A DNA stretch of 64,000 bases from Candidatus Harrisonbacteria bacterium (GCA_016182295.1 JACOXP010000007.1:11457-75456); one strand, 5' to 3'. Shown: positions 20,224 through 29,453, numbered from the stretch's first letter. Notes: a model not told the origin generated them from the sequence alone. Made by a program: numbers and translations.

Positions 20224-20988
20224 TTATAAAAGACCGTAAAACCAGCGAATTGGGATTTGGCCAAAAAGTAAAACCAAAACGGCGGCTAGAGAGAGAAAAG
20301 GGCCGAAAGGAACCGCCATTTTCAAGGATTTCCTGTTGAAAACCACCATAAAAAAGCCGACTAGACCGCCCAAAACGAAAGCGGCCGAAATGATAAGCAA
20401 AACTTCCCTGACTCCGAAAAGCAGACCAAGCGCCGCCGCTAATTTAACATCGCCGATCCCCATTCCCCGCCCCCTGGTAATTACCACTATTAACCCCAGT
20501 AAAGCCGCTCCAAAAACAGCGCCGGCCGCGTTATTCCATAAAATATCCATCAGCGAAGCTCCGCTTGATATGATCAATGTTGCTCCCAGCACGCCGATCA
20601 GCAGGTTTAACTGATCGGGAATTACCATTAACCGCATATCAATCAAGGTTATTAAAACAAGCGTCAAAACTACGGGTACCCAAATCAGCGCCGGTTGAGC
20701 AAGCATCGGGATAAAAGCGAGCGCGAATCCGGAAATTAATTCGACTATGGGGTATTGCCAGGTCAGCGGGGCTCGGCAACTGCGGCAACGGCCAAATTGC
20801 AAAATGAAACTGGCCAGGGGAATTAACTCGTACCAGGCAAGTGTTTTTTTGCAACCTCGGCAAAACGACCGCCCGCGCAAAACATCCGGTCTGAAAAGGC
20901 GGCCGCCGGCTTCATAACGAAGCGAAAGGACGTTGAGAAAACTTCCAACAGAAAGACCGATTAGAAAACGGATGACTCCCAAAAACAT
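20224..20988 (-). CDS. pilD: Prepilin peptidase / N-methyltransferase (A24)
   Basis: GSFLNV, RS.C..C, ELIPL.S, GRCRSC, GMGIGDVKL, VPFGPFL. Confidence 0.93.
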   Translation of the reverse strand: MFLGVIRFLIGLSVGSFLNVLSLRYEAGGRLFRPDVLRGRSFCRGCKKTLAWYELIPLASFILQFGRCRSCRAPLTWQYPIVELISGFALAFIPMLAQPALIWVPVVLTLVLITLIDMRLMVIPDQLNLLIGVLGATLIISSGASLMDILWNNAAGAVFGAALLGLIVVITRGRGMGIGDVKLAAALGLLFGVREVLLIISAAFVLGGLVGFFMVVFNRKSLKMAVPFGPFLSLAAVLVLLFGQIPIRWFYGLL

Positions 20989-22055
20989 TAAACTTTGCCA
21001 ATTAACACTCTTAACTCGGCTGGATTAAGAGAATAAAGTTCCGCGTTTTCGCGGGTGATTTTCTTCGCCTTGACCAACTGCGCCAACGAACGATTTAAGC
21101 TAATCATGCCGGACGCCAAACTCGTTTCGATTACCAAATCCAGCTGATGAGTTTTGCGTTCCCGGATAAGATTTCGGACCGCCGTATTGACTATTAAAAT
21201 TTCCGCCGCGGCAACGCGGCCGCCGCCTATTTTAGGAATTAATCTTTTAGAAACAATTCCGGCAAGCGTTGCCGCAAGCTGAATAATCGCCTGATTTTGT
21301 TTCTCCGGCGGGAAGCTGTCAATAATGCGATCGATGGTTTGCGCGGCAGAATTGGTATGAAGAGTGGAAAAAACCAAATGACCCGTCTCGGCGGCCGTCA
21401 AAGCGGTTGAAACCGATTCTAAATCGCGCATTTCGCCGATCATTACCACGTCCGGATCTTGCCGGAGAACGGTTTTTAAAGCGGCGTGGAAGTCCTGGGT
21501 GTCGGAATAAACCTCTCTTTGGGAAATCAAAGAATTTTTTGGAACAAAAATATGCTCGATCGGATCCTCAATGGTAATTATATGCTCCCGACGACTCGCG
21601 TTTATCTCATCAAGCAAAGCGGCCAAGGTTGCTGATTTGCCATGGCCCGCCGGCCCTACCGCTAAAATAAATCCTTGGTTAAGTTTGGAAAAATTATGGA
21701 GCACCGGCGGCATTTCCATATCTTCAATCGTCATTATTTTCTCCGGAATATGACGAAAAGCCGCCGCCACAAACCCCCGTTCGTAATAAACGTTGACCCG
21801 AAAGCGGGTTTTGTCGTGCGTATAGCTAAAATCAATTTCCAGATTTTTTTGAAACCTCGCTTGTTGATCCGGAGTAAGCAAAGCGGCAACAAAATTCTCG
21901 GCGATTTCCGGCGTAACCACCGGCTCTTCGGGAATCGGCTGCAAAAAACCGTCCTCTCGAACGTGGGGTTTCAAACCGACGTTAAAATGAAAATCGGAAA
22001 CATTGGGCTGACTCGCTTTCACCATCAGCCGCGCGAGGTAATCTTTATAGTCCAT
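20988..22055 (-). CDS. pilT: PilT/PilU-family type IV pilus retraction ATPase
   Basis: GPAGHGKS, TIEDPIE, LRQDPDV..IGEMRD, AAETGHLVFSTLHT, AVRNLIRE. Confidence 0.93.
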   Translation of the reverse strand: MDYKDYLARLMVKASQPNVSDFHFNVGLKPHVREDGFLQPIPEEPVVTPEIAENFVAALLTPDQQARFQKNLEIDFSYTHDKTRFRVNVYYERGFVAAAFRHIPEKIMTIEDMEMPPVLHNFSKLNQGFILAVGPAGHGKSATLAALLDEINASRREHIITIEDPIEHIFVPKNSLISQREVYSDTQDFHAALKTVLRQDPDVVMIGEMRDLESVSTALTAAETGHLVFSTLHTNSAAQTIDRIIDSFPPEKQNQAIIQLAATLAGIVSKRLIPKIGGGRVAAAEILIVNTAVRNLIRERKTHQLDLVIETSLASGMISLNRSLAQLVKAKKITRENAELYSLNPAELRVLIGKV

Positions 22056-22710
22056 TTACAACAGCAAAGGGCGAAGACGCGGTTATAATTCTTTTAATTT
22101 TCTTTTTCTCCGCCAATAATCTTGCTTTTTCCATTATAACATCTTCGGCATTCGAAACCAAAGAAAAATCGCTCTGGGAAACAAAATGTGCCTTTCCCCC
22201 GCTGGCGATTGTAAAAGTAGTCGAGCGTTCACCCACATCGATGATTAAAGTTGGCTCTGCCGAACGGGCAAATTGGCGAGCCAGGGGAAAACTTTCAATT
22301 TCCAAACGCGCCAAACGCAAACCGGCGGCGGCAAAGATTCTCTTGTACTTCAATATCACCTCTCGCGGAACGGCAAGTAAAAAATAACGGCCGTCATTTA
22401 ACTTAATCGCGTCCATTTTATACAAAGACGGCGCGGCTGGAATATATTTGGGATCCGGCGTCGGCGCCACGGTTGTAAAAGCGTTAAAAGCCGGCAATGA
22501 AGCCGCCGCCCAATAGGACTGGGATTCCATTCTGGAAAGCAGAGTTTTTAAACAATTAGCGGCTTCGCGTTCATTAAGCGGCTGAATACTGGTGTGAAAA
22601 GGCCCGTCCAAACGCCGAAGCTCGGCCTTCTTTAAAATCCTGCCGGTCGAATCTTTTTCCGCCGCTTTTATTGAAGTTGTACCGATATCTATGCAAAGAT
22701 AAATAGCCAT
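22045..22710 (-). CDS. Reduced PilM-like actin-fold protein
   Basis: IDIGTTSIK and IIDVGERST motifs; upstream of pilT; start chosen at 22710. Confidence 0.7.
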   Translation of the reverse strand: MAIYLCIDIGTTSIKAAEKDSTGRILKKAELRRLDGPFHTSIQPLNEREAANCLKTLLSRMESQSYWAAASLPAFNAFTTVAPTPDPKYIPAAPSLYKMDAIKLNDGRYFLLAVPREVILKYKRIFAAAGLRLARLEIESFPLARQFARSAEPTLIIDVGERSTTFTIASGGKAHFVSQSDFSLVSNAEDVIMEKARLLAEKKKIKRIITASSPFAVVNGL

Positions 22711-23383
22711 GGCTTTTCTCTGTATGCTAATAAAATTATTCAATAAAATCAAAACTTTTGTTCTGGACGCTGTTTTTCCAATACCGGAGATTCGGGAAAA
22801 TATCAGACTCAATCAGACGCTTTTCTGCCCGACTTGCCGCGCTCGGCAAGCGCGCAACGTAAAAATTTGCCATCGGGACACGCCGTATAAATTGGGCGCC
22901 GCCACCGCTTATCTTGATCCGGTTAAAAAATTAATTTGGAGAATGAAGTACCGGAATAAAGCCGGATACGCCCCGATCCTTGCTGATTTACTTTGCCAGT
23001 ACATTAGAAATTCTAAATTAGTAATTAGAAATTTTATTGTAGTGCCTCTGCCGCTTTCGGAGAAAAGGTTCCGAGATCGCGGTTACAATCAGGCTGCCTT
23101 GATTGGGAAAATTGTTTCTGCAAAATTTAACCTGGAGTATAACGATAAGACGCTGATAAGAATCAAACACGCCAAACCGCAAGCCGAATTAAAAGATTGG
23201 GACGAACGGAAAAAGAATATTATCGGCTGTTTTTCTGTCGCCCATCCACCGCTTATCAAAAATAGGAATATCATCGTTATTGACGATGTTTTCACTTCCG
23301 GAGCCACCATGAGCGAAGCCGTACAAACATTAAAATTGGCTGGCGCTCGAAGAATTATTGGTCTCGTCGTGGCGAAAGTTTAG
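22709..23383 (+). CDS. comF: ComF family competence protein (PRTase fold); likely start 22724
   Basis: LDAVFP, CPTC, PLPLS..R...RGYNQA, IDDVFTSGAT. Confidence 0.9.
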   Translation: MAFLCMLIKLFNKIKTFVLDAVFPIPEIRENIRLNQTLFCPTCRARQARNVKICHRDTPYKLGAATAYLDPVKKLIWRMKYRNKAGYAPILADLLCQYIRNSKLVIRNFIVVPLPLSEKRFRDRGYNQAALIGKIVSAKFNLEYNDKTLIRIKHAKPQAELKDWDERKKNIIGCFSVAHPPLIKNRNIIVIDDVFTSGATMSEAVQTLKLAGARRIIGLVVAKV

Positions 23384-23387
23384 AGAA

Positions 23388-26006
23388 TTAATCTTCGTCA
23401 AACTTCCACTTATGAGCAATCCATTTTCCTATTTCGATAGCTAGAATGTTAATGATGCCGATCGCTCCAACTCCGGCCAGCCATTCCAGCGGTAAAGCCA
23501 CCGTGCCAAGAAAATTCTGCAGAAACGGCAGATAAACCACCGCGCCTATCGTCGCCAAGCCAAGCAGAACCCCGATGATCAAAAGCGGATTGGAAAACGG
23601 ATTGTAAGCGAAAATCGGGCGCCGTAAACTGCGAACGGAGAAAATTACAAAAAGAGAGTAGCTGGCAAACGAAGCGAAAATAAAAGTTCTGACAAGATCG
23701 GGGTCCAGGCCCAAACCATTGAGGAAGTAATAAACGCCGAAAAGCAAAATACTGGTTGGAATTCCAATCGCCAACACCAAAAAAATCATCTCTTTGTCAA
23801 AAAGATTGATGGAGCGTTTTCTCTTTTTATGTAAAAGCATAAAATCCACCCGATCTTCAAAAGCGAGGGCGAGGGCCGGGAAAGTGTCGGCGATGAAATT
23901 AACGAATAAAATCTGAATGGCGCTGATTGGCAAACTCAAACCGAGTAAAATCGCTCCTCCAATCAAAAGCATTTCGTCAAAAAGCGAAGAGAAGAGATAG
24001 ACAATCACTTTGCGAATGTTTTCCAAAATTCTCCTGCCTTCTTCAACGGCGGAGACAATGGTCGAAAAATTATCATCGAGAAGAACCAGATCGGAAACAT
24101 CTTTGGCGACATCGGTTCCCGATCCCATCGCAATGCCGATATTCGCTTCTTTCAAGCTGGCGGCATCGTTGATTCCGTCGCCGGTCATTGCCACAATCTC
24201 CCCCATTTCTTTAAAAGCTTTAGCGACCCTGACTTTTCCTTCCGGGCTGATCCTGGCTATGATTTTCAAATTCAACAATTTTTCTTTCAATTCTGCGTCG
24301 TCCATCGAATCCAAAGCTACTCCGTCAATAACCTGCCCTCCTCCGATGGAAAAACCAAGTTCTTTGGCCACCGATTCGGCCGTGCCGCGGTGGTCGCCGG
24401 TAATAATCATTGTCCGGACACCGGCAAGATTTACTTTGGCGATCGCTTCTTTAGCGCTGGGACGAACCGGATCGCGGAAGGAAACCGTTGCCAGAAATTC
24501 CATTTCTTCAAGCGAGCTTTTTTCCCGCAAAGAAATCTTTTCCTTGCTTTTAATTCTTCTTATCGCTATTCCCAGAACCCGCTCGCCGCTGTAAGCCATT
24601 TTGTTCACCTCACGTAAAATATCTTCTTTTTTATCGTTTTCCAGAGTACAACACTGAATTAAAACATCCGGCGCGCCGAAAGCGACGACTCGATAGTTGA
24701 ATTCCGGTCCGTTTTCCACTATCGAAGCGGAGTATTTGTTTTTTGAAGTAAAAGGCAAAAAATCCAGCGATTCAAGCTCTTTTTTAACCTCCGGCAGAAA
24801 TACGCCGCCCCTGGCTGCCGCTTTCACCAGAGCCACTTCCAGCGGCCGCCCAATAATCCGCCAGAGATCCGGACTTTCTTTCGGATTTTCAATGACCACG
24901 TCGGTGTTCAGCAGGGCCATTTTTAAAACGTCTTGCCGAGAATACGCGTCGGAAAAAAGAGTGATTTTTGAAAGCTCCATTTTGGCCTGGGTGAGCGTGC
25001 CGGTTTTATCGGTTAAAATGACCGTCGTGTTACCCAGCGTTTCAGCGGCAAGCAGTTTGCGGACAACGCCGCTTTTTTTAGCGAGACGTTGGACGCCAAT
25101 CGCCAAAATAACCGTCAGCGCTACCGGCAGACCTTCCGGCACCGCGGAAACCGCGATCGCGACAGCAATTAAAAACATATCCAGCAAAGGTTTGCCGTAA
25201 AAAATTCCCAAAGTAAAAACGGCTGCCGTCAAAACTATTAAAATCCCGCTGGTCTTGATACTGAACCGGAAAATAGCGCTTTGAAGCGGTGTTTGCTCTT
25301 TTTTGGTGGCGGCCACCATACCGGCGATTTTCCCAAGCTCGGTTTCCTGACCGGTGGTCACAACCACGGCGTTTCCAAATCCTTGAACCACCAGCGTGCC
25401 GCTGAAAACCATTGACTTGCGATCGGCAAGAACCGTTTTGAAGCTTGCCGGTTCGAGCGTCTTGGCGACAGGCAATGATTCGCCGGTCAAAATCGCTTCG
25501 TCAACCATTAAATCATTGATGTAAATTAAACGGCAATCGGCCGGCACGCGATCCCCTTGGGCAAGATGGATTATGTCCCCCGGCACTAAATCGGCGGCGT
25601 CAACTTCTATTTCCTGACCATTTCGAAAAGCCCGGCTTTTTTCTTTGATATAGGTCCGGAGATGGGCCAAGGCCCGCTCGGCTTTGTTTTCCTGATAAAA
25701 ACCGAATATGACGTTGGCAAAAGCGGCGGCGAAAATTACCGCCGCGTCGGTAAAATGACCCAAAAACAAACTCAGTCCGCCGGCAATCAAAAGCAATCCC
25801 AAGAGCGGGCTTTTAAATTGACGTAGGAAAATCTTCAGCCAAGAAAAACCGATGGTTTGCGGAAGAACGTTTTTTTTGAAAGTGGCGCGCCGTGCCGCTA
25901 CCTGTTCGTCAGTTAAGCCGGTCCTGGTCGTTTCCAGAATATTTAAAGCTTCGCTAACAGGAAGCGCCCAAAATGATCGCTGTAAAACTTCTTTTCCGAT
26001 TGACAT
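23388..26006 (-). CDS. Cation-transporting P-type ATPase (type IIA-like)
   Basis: LTGES, VPEGL, DKTGTLT, TGDH, MTGDGINDA. Confidence 0.96.
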   Translation of the reverse strand: MSIGKEVLQRSFWALPVSEALNILETTRTGLTDEQVAARRATFKKNVLPQTIGFSWLKIFLRQFKSPLLGLLLIAGGLSLFLGHFTDAAVIFAAAFANVIFGFYQENKAERALAHLRTYIKEKSRAFRNGQEIEVDAADLVPGDIIHLAQGDRVPADCRLIYINDLMVDEAILTGESLPVAKTLEPASFKTVLADRKSMVFSGTLVVQGFGNAVVVTTGQETELGKIAGMVAATKKEQTPLQSAIFRFSIKTSGILIVLTAAVFTLGIFYGKPLLDMFLIAVAIAVSAVPEGLPVALTVILAIGVQRLAKKSGVVRKLLAAETLGNTTVILTDKTGTLTQAKMELSKITLFSDAYSRQDVLKMALLNTDVVIENPKESPDLWRIIGRPLEVALVKAAARGGVFLPEVKKELESLDFLPFTSKNKYSASIVENGPEFNYRVVAFGAPDVLIQCCTLENDKKEDILREVNKMAYSGERVLGIAIRRIKSKEKISLREKSSLEEMEFLATVSFRDPVRPSAKEAIAKVNLAGVRTMIITGDHRGTAESVAKELGFSIGGGQVIDGVALDSMDDAELKEKLLNLKIIARISPEGKVRVAKAFKEMGEIVAMTGDGINDAASLKEANIGIAMGSGTDVAKDVSDLVLLDDNFSTIVSAVEEGRRILENIRKVIVYLFSSLFDEMLLIGGAILLGLSLPISAIQILFVNFIADTFPALALAFEDRVDFMLLHKKRKRSINLFDKEMIFLVLAIGIPTSILLFGVYYFLNGLGLDPDLVRTFIFASFASYSLFVIFSVRSLRRPIFAYNPFSNPLLIIGVLLGLATIGAVVYLPFLQNFLGTVALPLEWLAGVGAIGIINILAIEIGKWIAHKWKFDED

Positions 26007-26067
26007 TGACTCCTTTTAATTTTAACATACAAAAACGTTTGTTCTTTTATTTGAAAAGGGGGGCGCG

Positions 26068-26517
26068 ATGGGTGCCGAGCATTTAAACCGTTTCCGATTT
26101 TATACCTGGAAAGAGTTTGAAACCGATGTCAAAAAAATTTCAAAAATTATTGGAGCGCTGGACCAAAAATTTGTCTACATTTACGGATTGCCTAAGGGCG
26201 GGCTGCCGCTGGCAGTTTGCCTCGCGCATCGTCTTGAATTAAGACTAACGACCACTTTAAGGTTTAAGGAGGGCTTGTCCATTGTTTGGCATGATGAGGT
26301 TTTGGTGGTTGACGATATCGCGGATACGGGAAGAGCCTTGGAAAATTATAAAAAACTCGATTACTTGATCGCAACGCTCTTTTGGAATCCGAAATCGAGT
26401 TTTAGGCCAGATATTTGGATCCGAGAAAAAGATAATCGCTGGATCATTTTCCCCTGGGAAGATCGGGAAAAAGAAATGGCGCACGCCGAAAAAATCATGA
26501 ACCCCGACGCAAACTAG
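26068..26517 (+). CDS. Phosphoribosyltransferase (xanthine/guanine PRT-like)
   Basis: GLPKGGL, LVVDDIADTG, WIIFPWE. Confidence 0.88.
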   Translation: MGAEHLNRFRFYTWKEFETDVKKISKIIGALDQKFVYIYGLPKGGLPLAVCLAHRLELRLTTTLRFKEGLSIVWHDEVLVVDDIADTGRALENYKKLDYLIATLFWNPKSSFRPDIWIREKDNRWIIFPWEDREKEMAHAEKIMNPDAN

Positions 26518-26524
26518 TCGGGGT

Positions 26525-26772
26525 TTTTATTTTTGCGGAGGGTGTAGGAGTTTCGCTTCGCTCCGTGGCTGCCGCCCGGAGCTCGCCGAACCATAACGCC
26601 GCACCCCGACCCCCACACTGGACACCTTTGGGTTTCCAGCGCCCAAGTGGTCTGACGCGTCAGACCACTTGGGCTGCCTTCCAACACGGGGTGCAGCTCG
26701 GTCCGACTCCCCACCAGAAAAATAAAACATGCCACTTGCGGCATGTTTTATTTTTGCGGAGGGTGTAGGAGT
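26525..26772 (-). mobile_element. 221-bp non-coding structured element inserted at the 3' end of tRNA-Ser(TGA), bounded by 27-bp direct repeats
   Basis: TTTTATTTTTGCGGAGGGTGTAGGAGT at 26525-26551 and 26746-26772; perfect 34-bp palindrome at 26641-26674. Confidence 0.75.
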
Positions 26773-26838
26773 CGAACCTACTAGGGCTTGCGCCCATCCG
26801 CTTTCAAGGCGGACGCATTACCGTTCTGCCAACCCTCC
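26757..26838 (-). tRNA. tRNA-Ser(TGA)
   Basis: GGAGGGT/ACCCTCC acceptor, TCCGC-CTTGAAA-GCGGA, variable arm, GGTTCGACTCC. Confidence 0.95.
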
Positions 26839-26851
26839 AAAAAAAGCAAGG

Positions 26852-27331
26852 TTACAAAACCTTGCGAAAAACGTTTTTTTTCACTTTGACGAACCCGAGC
26901 TTTTTATATAATTTCTGCGCCGCCTTGCGCTCCGGACGAGAAGTCAGCTCGACAAAACGCGCCGTTCTTGATCCGGCAACTACGAAAAGTTCCGATAGGA
27001 GCCGTTCGGCGATGCCTTTTCCGCGACACTGCTCATCCACTACTACGTCCTCGATTCGGCAAATCAAACCCGTATATTTCAATTGGAAAAAAATACTTGC
27101 CATTCCGACAGCCCGCATTCCCGCGCAAAGATCGTTGTCAATCGCGAAAGCGGTAAAAAAGTTTCCCTGATGCCAAATCCGGATAAGATCTTTCAAGGTA
27201 ACGGGTACGGCCACCGAAGAAAGCTGCGGAAGCAAACGGTTGATCGAAGGGACCAGTTTAGCTAATTCCTCAATCTCGTCCGCGTTGCGATCGCGCGCGC
27301 ACTCCAGTCGAATCTCAATCATCGGGCTCAT
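26852..27331 (-). CDS. GNAT family N-acetyltransferase
   Basis: IEDVVVDEQCRGKGIA, LTSRPER.AA..LY.KLGF. Confidence 0.9.
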   Translation of the reverse strand: MSPMIEIRLECARDRNADEIEELAKLVPSINRLLPQLSSVAVPVTLKDLIRIWHQGNFFTAFAIDNDLCAGMRAVGMASIFFQLKYTGLICRIEDVVVDEQCRGKGIAERLLSELFVVAGSRTARFVELTSRPERKAAQKLYKKLGFVKVKKNVFRKVL

Positions 27332-27421
27332 TCCTCAACGAACTACCTATGTTATACCCCTATTTACTCTTACGGTCAACGAGAGATAGAATGAGAATGC
27401 TCATTTATAAAGGAAAAAAGC

Positions 27422-28078
27422 GTGGAAGAAGCACAACATCTTCTCTGCAGTCACGAAAGCGCTCGGCAGATAATGGGCAGTAATTTTATTGATGTAGCGG
27501 AAGTGCGAAAAATTTTTCCCTGCCTAAATGAAGACGTTCAGGATTTGGAAATTATACCCTACAGCCGCAAATCGCTTTATCTTTTAAGCGAACCTGAAAG
27601 TAATTTCATTCTTTTTCCGGGAATTCAGCGCTGCCGCAATCGGTCATTGACCATCGCTGAAATAAAAAGAATTTTTTGCCGCTTCCCTCGTCTTTTCGGA
27701 GAATCTTTGGCATTTTTTGCCTCAAAACATTTTTTTATTGATAATCAAAATTGCTTGCCTCGATGGTATCTAATGCCAAAAAAAACTCTTGATATGGAAA
27801 CGGCGATGGATTTTTTAAACGGTAACGGCATTCCCAATAAAAAATGGGGAAGAGAGCCGGCTATTGTTTATATTTACGCGCGGATGCTTTTTTATTTACT
27901 GAGAGAAGAGTCCATTTTTCAAAACAAAACATTCGCGACTTCCGACGCTTTAGTGAGAGGAACGAAAGACGCTCAAATTTGTCTCAATTTCAATGACAAG
28001 AGAATTTTGATCAGCAAATGGATTGACCAGGACAAAGATACGCCCAATGTCGTCCCCTCGCTCAAACAACATATATAA
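27422..28078 (+). CDS. Hypothetical protein
   Basis: 218-aa ORF followed by a hairpin terminator at about 28080-28105. Confidence 0.65.
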   Translation: MEEAQHLLCSHESARQIMGSNFIDVAEVRKIFPCLNEDVQDLEIIPYSRKSLYLLSEPESNFILFPGIQRCRNRSLTIAEIKRIFCRFPRLFGESLAFFASKHFFIDNQNCLPRWYLMPKKTLDMETAMDFLNGNGIPNKKWGREPAIVYIYARMLFYLLREESIFQNKTFATSDALVRGTKDAQICLNFNDKRILISKWIDQDKDTPNVVPSLKQHI

Positions 28079-28125
28079 AACCCCTCCGATAACCATCGGA
28101 GGGGTAATTATTTAGTATTTACTCC

Positions 28126-29037
28126 CTATTTTACTAAGTTTAGATTTTTCAACTTTTCAACAAATTCCTCGGTTTCACGTTTGTTTTTGAATTGTTTCAG
28201 AATTTCACACGAAGCGGCAACGCTTTCCATCGGCCAGCTGTGGTCTTTAATAAACTCTATCTCCAAACGAGATAAATTCATCGCGTGAAGCTGATAATCT
28301 TCAAAGGCCTCAAAGGTAGTCGGGAGGGCATCTTTGATAATTCGGGCCATTGCTTCGCCGTAAACTCGGATTTCGTACTGCGCGTGTTTATCCAGTCGGA
28401 GCCGCAGAAAATGCAAAAGATTGTGAACATCGATTTTCCAATACCATTCCGTGTAGTTTGCAACAGAGAGACCAATGCGCGCCAGTTCGCGCGCCAGATC
28501 GAATTTAAGCAAATTTTCGTAAACTGCGTATTGCGAGATGTATTCCGCCTTGAGAAGTTCCAAAACCTTTTGCTGAACTTGCGGAGAAAGCGATTCTCCT
28601 CTGCCTTGTCGGTTGCCTTGAGACTGCTTGGCCAGCGCTGACGGTTCGGGAAGATAGAATTCATTACTCATTACTGAGTAACGCCCGGAGTATTCGTTAA
28701 CGTTGGCGGTCCGATGACGAATCCATTGCCGCGCCACAAAAATCGGCATTTTGCAGTGAAATTTAAATTCCACCATTTCCAACGGAGTTGTATGGACATG
28801 ACGTCGAAGATACCTAATCAAGCCGCGATCTTCGCTGACTTTTTTGGTGCCGCGCCCGTACGAAACCCGCGCGGCTTCCACAACAGAAGTATCATTACCC
28901 ATGTAATCAACTAAGTAGATGAATCCATGATTCAAACACTTTATGGGCCGATATAACCATTTTTCCGCGCCAGAACTTATTGGCCTCAATGTCGCTTCCG
29001 AACTTTCCGGAACGATTCTTTCCGGTAATTTCTCCAT
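28126..29037 (-). CDS. thyX: FAD-dependent thymidylate synthase
   Basis: AARVSY, HTTPLE, RQWIRHR...NEYSGRY, RELAR, HAQYEIR. Confidence 0.97.
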   Translation of the reverse strand: MEKLPERIVPESSEATLRPISSGAEKWLYRPIKCLNHGFIYLVDYMGNDTSVVEAARVSYGRGTKKVSEDRGLIRYLRRHVHTTPLEMVEFKFHCKMPIFVARQWIRHRTANVNEYSGRYSVMSNEFYLPEPSALAKQSQGNRQGRGESLSPQVQQKVLELLKAEYISQYAVYENLLKFDLARELARIGLSVANYTEWYWKIDVHNLLHFLRLRLDKHAQYEIRVYGEAMARIIKDALPTTFEAFEDYQLHAMNLSRLEIEFIKDHSWPMESVAASCEILKQFKNKRETEEFVEKLKNLNLVK

Positions 29038-29081
29038 TCCTTCCTCCTTTTGAGAGCTCGTAAGTTTTTCAAAGAACCCTG

Positions 29082-29152
29082 TGGACCTAGCCAGAATCGA
29101 ACTGGCGCTTCCTCATTGCAAATGAGGTGTTCTACCACTGAACTATAGGCCC
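29082..29152 (-). tRNA. tRNA-Ala(TGC)
   Basis: GGGCCTA/TAGGTCC with G3:U70, CCTCA-TTTGCAA-TGAGG. Confidence 0.95.
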
Positions 29153-29153
29153 T

Positions 29154-29323
29154 TGGCGGAGACGGGAGGATTCGCCTACAAGTCGCTCGGCCTTCCGGCC
29201 TCGCGCTAGCAGGCCGCCCCTCGCGGCCGTGCTCGTCACCTCGCTCGCACGGCATCGCTGCGGTCTTCGAATCCTCAAACAAGCCAAGCAGTTGGCTTGT
29301 TTTTGCGGAGACGGGAGGATTCG
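29154..29323 (-). mobile_element. 149-bp non-coding structured element inserted at the 3' end of tRNA-Ser(CGA), bounded by 19-bp direct repeats
   Basis: GCGGAGACGGGAGGATTCG at 29156-29174 and 29305-29323; only the distal copy carries CCA. Confidence 0.78.
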
Positions 29324-29392
29324 AACCTCCGAAGCCCTTTCGGACTTACCGCATTTCGAGTGCGGCGCATTCGTCCACTCTGCCACGTCTCC
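29306..29392 (-). tRNA. tRNA-Ser(CGA)
   Basis: GGAGACG/CGTCTCC acceptor, CCGCA-CTCGAAA-TGCGG, variable arm, GGTTCGAATCC. Confidence 0.95.
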
Positions 29393-29453
29393 AATAAAAT
29401 ACCCCTTTAACAGGGGTATTTTACCGTATTTGCTTGGGCCCAAGCAAATAACC

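Noticed and set aside
26514-26911. ORFs of 60-76 aa across the tRNA-Ser(TGA) insert
   Set aside because: They overlap the tRNA and palindromes, have no clear RBS and no protein-like composition.
29154-29323. Group I intron interpretation of the tRNA-Ser(CGA) insert
   Set aside because: Not in the anticodon loop, no recognisable P7 core, and the tRNA is complete without splicing; the direct repeat argues for integration.
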